Shown one piece after another: positions 1 through 1,406 of a stretch of DNA of 1,406 nt. The stretch is taken from assembly GCA_000004985.1 (NCBI GenBank), contig GG739429.1; one strand, given 5' to 3'. Position 1 is the stretch's first letter. Each line of letters begins with the position of its first letter. This stretch comes from Naegleria gruberi (taxonomy: Eukaryota). Position numbers and translations under genes: made by a program. Under the pieces are notes generated by a model. It ran no database searches, was not told where the DNA came from, and was given only the letters and a program-made list of their open reading frames with translations.

Positions 1-11
1 TTGTAAAACTG

Positions 12-32
12 TAAATGTAATGAAAATAGTTT
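12..32. repeat. Dispersed direct repeat, copy A (array-end junction TAAATGTAA + TGAAAATAGTTT)
   Basis: The sequence 12-32, taaatgtaatgaaaatagttt, matches 1011-1036 apart from a 5-nt insertion (agtca) in copy B. ATGAAAATAGTTT is identical at 20-32 and 1024-1036. Positions 1-19 (ttgtaaaactgtaaatgta) look like degenerate TGTAAA units. Confidence 0.7.
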
Positions 33-131
33 CGGATAAATGAAATTCTCAAGTTAATGGAAAGTTCATTGTTTTCTAAAAGGTTACGCCCACAATTAAT
101 ACAGAGGAAGATACGCGGTGTTAAAATGAGA

Positions 132-149
132 GGGTGGTAAAAACCTCCC
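132..149. other. Short GC-rich stem-loop inside the 81-180 G+C-enriched island
   Basis: GGGTGGT (132-138) pairs with ACCTCCC (143-149) in 6 of 7 positions, with one T:T mismatch at 135/146 and the loop AAAA. GGGTGG is also the complement of the CCACCC cores at 551-556 and 565-570. Confidence 0.4.
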
Positions 150-188
150 AGCGATGGCTGTGCAAAAAAACTCGGCTGATAATTAATA

Positions 189-219
189 CCTGCAGTATTT
201 TAAAAATAAATACTGCAGG
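189..219. repeat. Perfect inverted repeat (12-bp arms, 7-nt spacer)
   Basis: CCTGCAGTATTT (189-200) and AAATACTGCAGG (208-219) are exact reverse complements around the spacer taaaaat. Five of the 12 pairs are G:C. No T-run immediately follows on either strand, so it does not look like a canonical terminator. Confidence 0.85.
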
Positions 220-456
220 CACCTATTATTCCATGCCGGAAGATTATGTATTATTATGTATCAAATGATTATTATTTAATACAAATTGTTTGCTTCATTA
301 TGATTAAACATTAAACTAGGTTTTATTAATAATAAATACTGTTAATTTATTCAACAAATAGTAATATATATAAATAAACGTTAATATTTCAATAATGTCT
401 AATTCTGAGCGAAGTGAAGAATGGACTTGTTTTCATTGTAAACTTAATATTTTTCC

Positions 457-660
457 ATGCTCAAAAAATTATCACAATGGCCCCAACACCAACTACACCA
501 AAGAACAACAAGAAAACGAAAGACCTTAGCTCACCTTCTGCAGGTAGCTCCCACCCAATTAGTCCCACCCTTATTCAACCTTTTTTACGCTCTCAATGAT
601 TCTTGGTAAGTGTTCGTTGAAGTGAGGTTTCAGATATCATCGAATGATATCTTTTTTATT
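457..660 (+). ncRNA. Candidate C-rich small RNA of unclassified family; 3' end set by the terminator, 5' end uncertain
   Basis: By hand count, 481-600 has 42 C and 12 G out of 120 nt. The skew then flips to G/U-rich in 601-630 (10 G, 2 C). An internal hairpin pairs 528-535 with 543-549 (7 bp, one bulged C, loop ttctgca). TCCCACCC occurs twice, at 549-556 and 563-570. Five consecutive AAN triplets span 501-515. The terminator at 632-660 lies just downstream. A weak sigma70-like promoter, TGGACT (422-427), 17 nt, TAATAT (445-450), would place the transcription start near 457. The only overlapping ORF (414..599) looks spurious. Confidence 0.3.
632..660 (+). terminator. Rho-independent (intrinsic) terminator, plus strand
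   Basis: AGATATCAT (632-640) pairs perfectly with ATGATATCT (644-652) around the loop CGA; the innermost pair probably opens to give a 5-nt loop. The stem runs directly into a T-run (652-657, ttttttatt). On the minus strand the stem is followed by gaaacc, so the terminator is unidirectional. The stem is AT-rich with only 2 G:C pairs, so its strength is moderate. Confidence 0.6.
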
Positions 661-767
661 TTAATTTCAATTTAGTTTATGCCTCCTACTCGCATCTCCT
701 AATTTTTTTCTTATCTTTACTAATACTATTGATAAGTTTTTTTATAAGAGCCATATTTATTAATCTC

Positions 768-846
768 GGGACCTGCTAATAAAGATTTATATCCATTAAA
801 GCAGGTCTCAAGGCTGAATCACCTTAAAGGTGAAACAGTCCCTGAG
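768..846 (+). other. Compact structured element of two adjacent stem-loops; function unknown
   Basis: In stem-loop 1, GGGACCTGCT (768-777) pairs with AGCAGGTCTC (800-809). That gives 10 bp including one G:T at 769/808, with a 22-nt loop. Stem-loop 2 is an imperfect long helix: 807-810 with 843-846, 812-813 with 841-842, and 814-816 with 836-838. It is capped by TCACC (819-823) pairing with GGTGA (829-833) around a 5-nt loop. The two helices compete for 807-809. The single G:T pair fits a plus-strand RNA slightly better, which is very weak evidence for strand. Confidence 0.45.
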
Positions 847-960
847 CTTTAATACCCATTAGTATAATTACTTGTTCTCAATCTTGTTTTTATTAATTTG
901 CAATGTAACAACGTAAATAAACTTAAAAAGACATTACTATTTGTAATTATTTGATATAAA

Positions 961-1020
961 TAAACGTAAATAAATGTAAATAAACGTAAATAAATGTAAA
1001 TAAATGTAAATAAATGTAAA
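961..1020. repeat. Tandem direct repeat, 6 units of 10 bp (TAAAYGTAAA), also readable as 3 units of 20 bp
   Basis: The units are TAAACGTAAA, TAAATGTAAA, TAAACGTAAA, TAAATGTAAA, TAAATGTAAA and TAAATGTAAA, contiguous with no spacers. Degenerate units lie upstream: ttgatataaa at 951-960, and atgtaa..acgtaaataaac at 903-922. The array ends 14 nt from the stop codon of the minus-strand CDS. Confidence 0.95.
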
Positions 1021-1036
1021 GTCATGAAAATAGTTT
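1011..1036. repeat. Dispersed direct repeat, copy B (last array unit + agtca + TGAAAATAGTTT)
   Basis: This is the partner of 12-32. The 13-nt identical core at 1024-1036 overlaps two bases of the stop codon of the minus-strand CDS (1037..1035). Confidence 0.7.
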
Positions 1037-1406
1037 ATTTTTCTTCTGCAAAAAGCTTTTTCAATTCTTCTTTGATAGCAGCGTGTTCTATTTTATCTTG
1101 TATTTCTAGTTTCTCTCGTCTTTTAGTGATATAGGAAGATACTTCAATAGATAATGCCTCTATTTCACCGAATTGATTTTCTAACAATTCCATCTTTTTC
1201 TTATTTTCTGTAATAATCTTTTGATAAAATTGCATACAATACTCATAAAAACCTTCTTCTAGCTCAACTTTTCTTTTTAAAGCATCTCTTTCTTCTCTAT
1301 CTGAAAGAATATCTGTTAATTCTTGTAAAAGTAATGAAGTTTCTGACATAGTATAATCGTTTTGTTCATTATCTGTCTTGATAGCTTTAACAGCTTTCTT
1401 TGATAA
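1035..1406 (-). CDS. Hypothetical highly charged alpha-helical (coiled-coil-like) protein, family not recognised; probably 5'-partial because the frame is open to the right window edge (first in-window ATG at 1349)
   Basis: The ORF track gives 1035..1349 (104 aa, TAA stop at 1037..1035). In the same frame, the 19 codons between the window edge and the ATG (LSKKAVKAIKTDNEQNDYT) contain no stop and no alternative start codon. There is no purine-rich Shine-Dalgarno in the ~15 nt before the ATG (aacaaaacgattatactATG), so the true start may lie beyond 1406. The protein is E/K/L/I-rich and its AT-rich codon usage fits the window. I recognise no catalytic or family motif. Confidence 0.65.
   Translation of the reverse strand, partial: LSKKAVKAIKTDNEQNDYTMSETSLLLQELTDILSDREERDALKRKVELEEGFYEYCMQFYQKIITENKKKMELLENQFGEIEALSIEVSSYITKRREKLEIQDKIEHAAIKEELKKLFAEEK

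Noticed and set aside
149-195. Superficial resemblance to riboswitch cores: GCGATGG...GGCTGATAAT versus the fluoride (crcB) motif, and TGAGA...CTGATAATTAATACC versus the TPP thi-box
   Set aside because: Compared with the consensus sequences as I remember them, the required helices cannot form. There is no GGCG/CGCC P1 stem enclosing the GAUGG loop and no pseudoknot partner. There is no GGGGUGC...ACCC pairing or CUGG/CCAG P5 hairpin for TPP. Spacing is also wrong. A cmscan run would settle this.
189-219. The perfect palindrome as an intrinsic terminator
   Set aside because: No U-run immediately follows on either strand. The plus strand continues cacctattatt. On the minus strand, tattaattatcagccgag separates the stem from a T7 run 18 nt away.
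243-317. Short phased direct repeats: ATTATGTAT at 243-251 and 253-261, and TTAAAC at 304-309 and 311-316
   Set aside because: The repeats are real but very short and low-complexity. They cannot be distinguished from slippage or compositional repeats in AT-rich spacer DNA without comparative data.
414-599. 61-aa plus-strand ORF from the track (GTG start; internal ATG at 477 gives a 40-aa version)
   Set aside because: It has a GTG start with no upstream Shine-Dalgarno. The product is low-complexity and P/T/S/K-rich, which simply mirrors the C/A-rich nucleotide tract. Its hydrophobic stretch (GLVFIVNLIFF, 11 residues) is too short for a membrane helix, so a type I toxin-like peptide is unlikely. 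The composition is discordant with the AT-rich codon usage of the convincing CDS. A terminator 33 nt after its stop codon means a small protein cannot be fully excluded.
605-748. Eukaryote-style intron signals: GGTAAGT (605-611), TACTAAT branch-like site (718-724), and a poly-T tract ending in AG (737-748)
   Set aside because: There are no flanking exon reading frames to join. The segment contains a textbook bacterial intrinsic terminator. Such short signals arise easily in AT-rich DNA.
768-850. tRNA, tmRNA-like or att-site fragment in the stem-loop module
   Set aside because: There is no T-loop (GTTCRAnnC) or D-loop signature, no acceptor-stem or CCA geometry, and the helix lengths do not fit a cloverleaf.
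863-868. Perfect TATAAT hexamer on the plus strand as a promoter driving antisense transcription into the array and CDS
   Set aside because: There is no acceptable -35 at 15-18 nt spacing; the best is CTGAGC with 3/6 matches at 15 nt. There is also no extended -10 TG. Isolated TATAAT hexamers are expected by chance in DNA this AT-rich.
961-1020. Tandem repeats as a CRISPR array or as a type III toxin-antitoxin RNA antitoxin
   Set aside because: The units are only 10 bp and contiguous with no spacers, so this is not CRISPR. Known type III antitoxin repeats are about 34-40 nt and lie upstream of the toxin gene behind a promoter. This array lies downstream of the only gene on that gene's strand.

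Overview
This is an AT-rich 1,406-nt window with one convincing protein-coding region. That region is a minus-strand ORF (stop codon at 1037..1035) encoding a charged, helical protein of a family I do not recognise. Its reading frame is still open at the right window edge, so it is probably 5'-partial. The remaining ~1 kb (1-1034) has no credible ORF. It contains three short G+C-enriched islands with stem-loops (about 81-240, 481-660 and 768-846). A canonical plus-strand intrinsic terminator (632-660) closes a strongly C-rich, G-poor tract, which I rate as a candidate ~200-nt small RNA. There is also a perfect 12-bp-stem palindrome (189-219). A 6 x 10-bp tandem array (961-1020) ends 14 nt from the CDS stop codon, and its distal junction is duplicated at the left window edge. 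I recognise no rRNA, tRNA, CRISPR array, transposase, known riboswitch or known defence gene. Nothing here can be assigned to a described system from sequence alone. The non-coding calls are hypotheses that need folding and covariation analysis, homology searches and transcript data.
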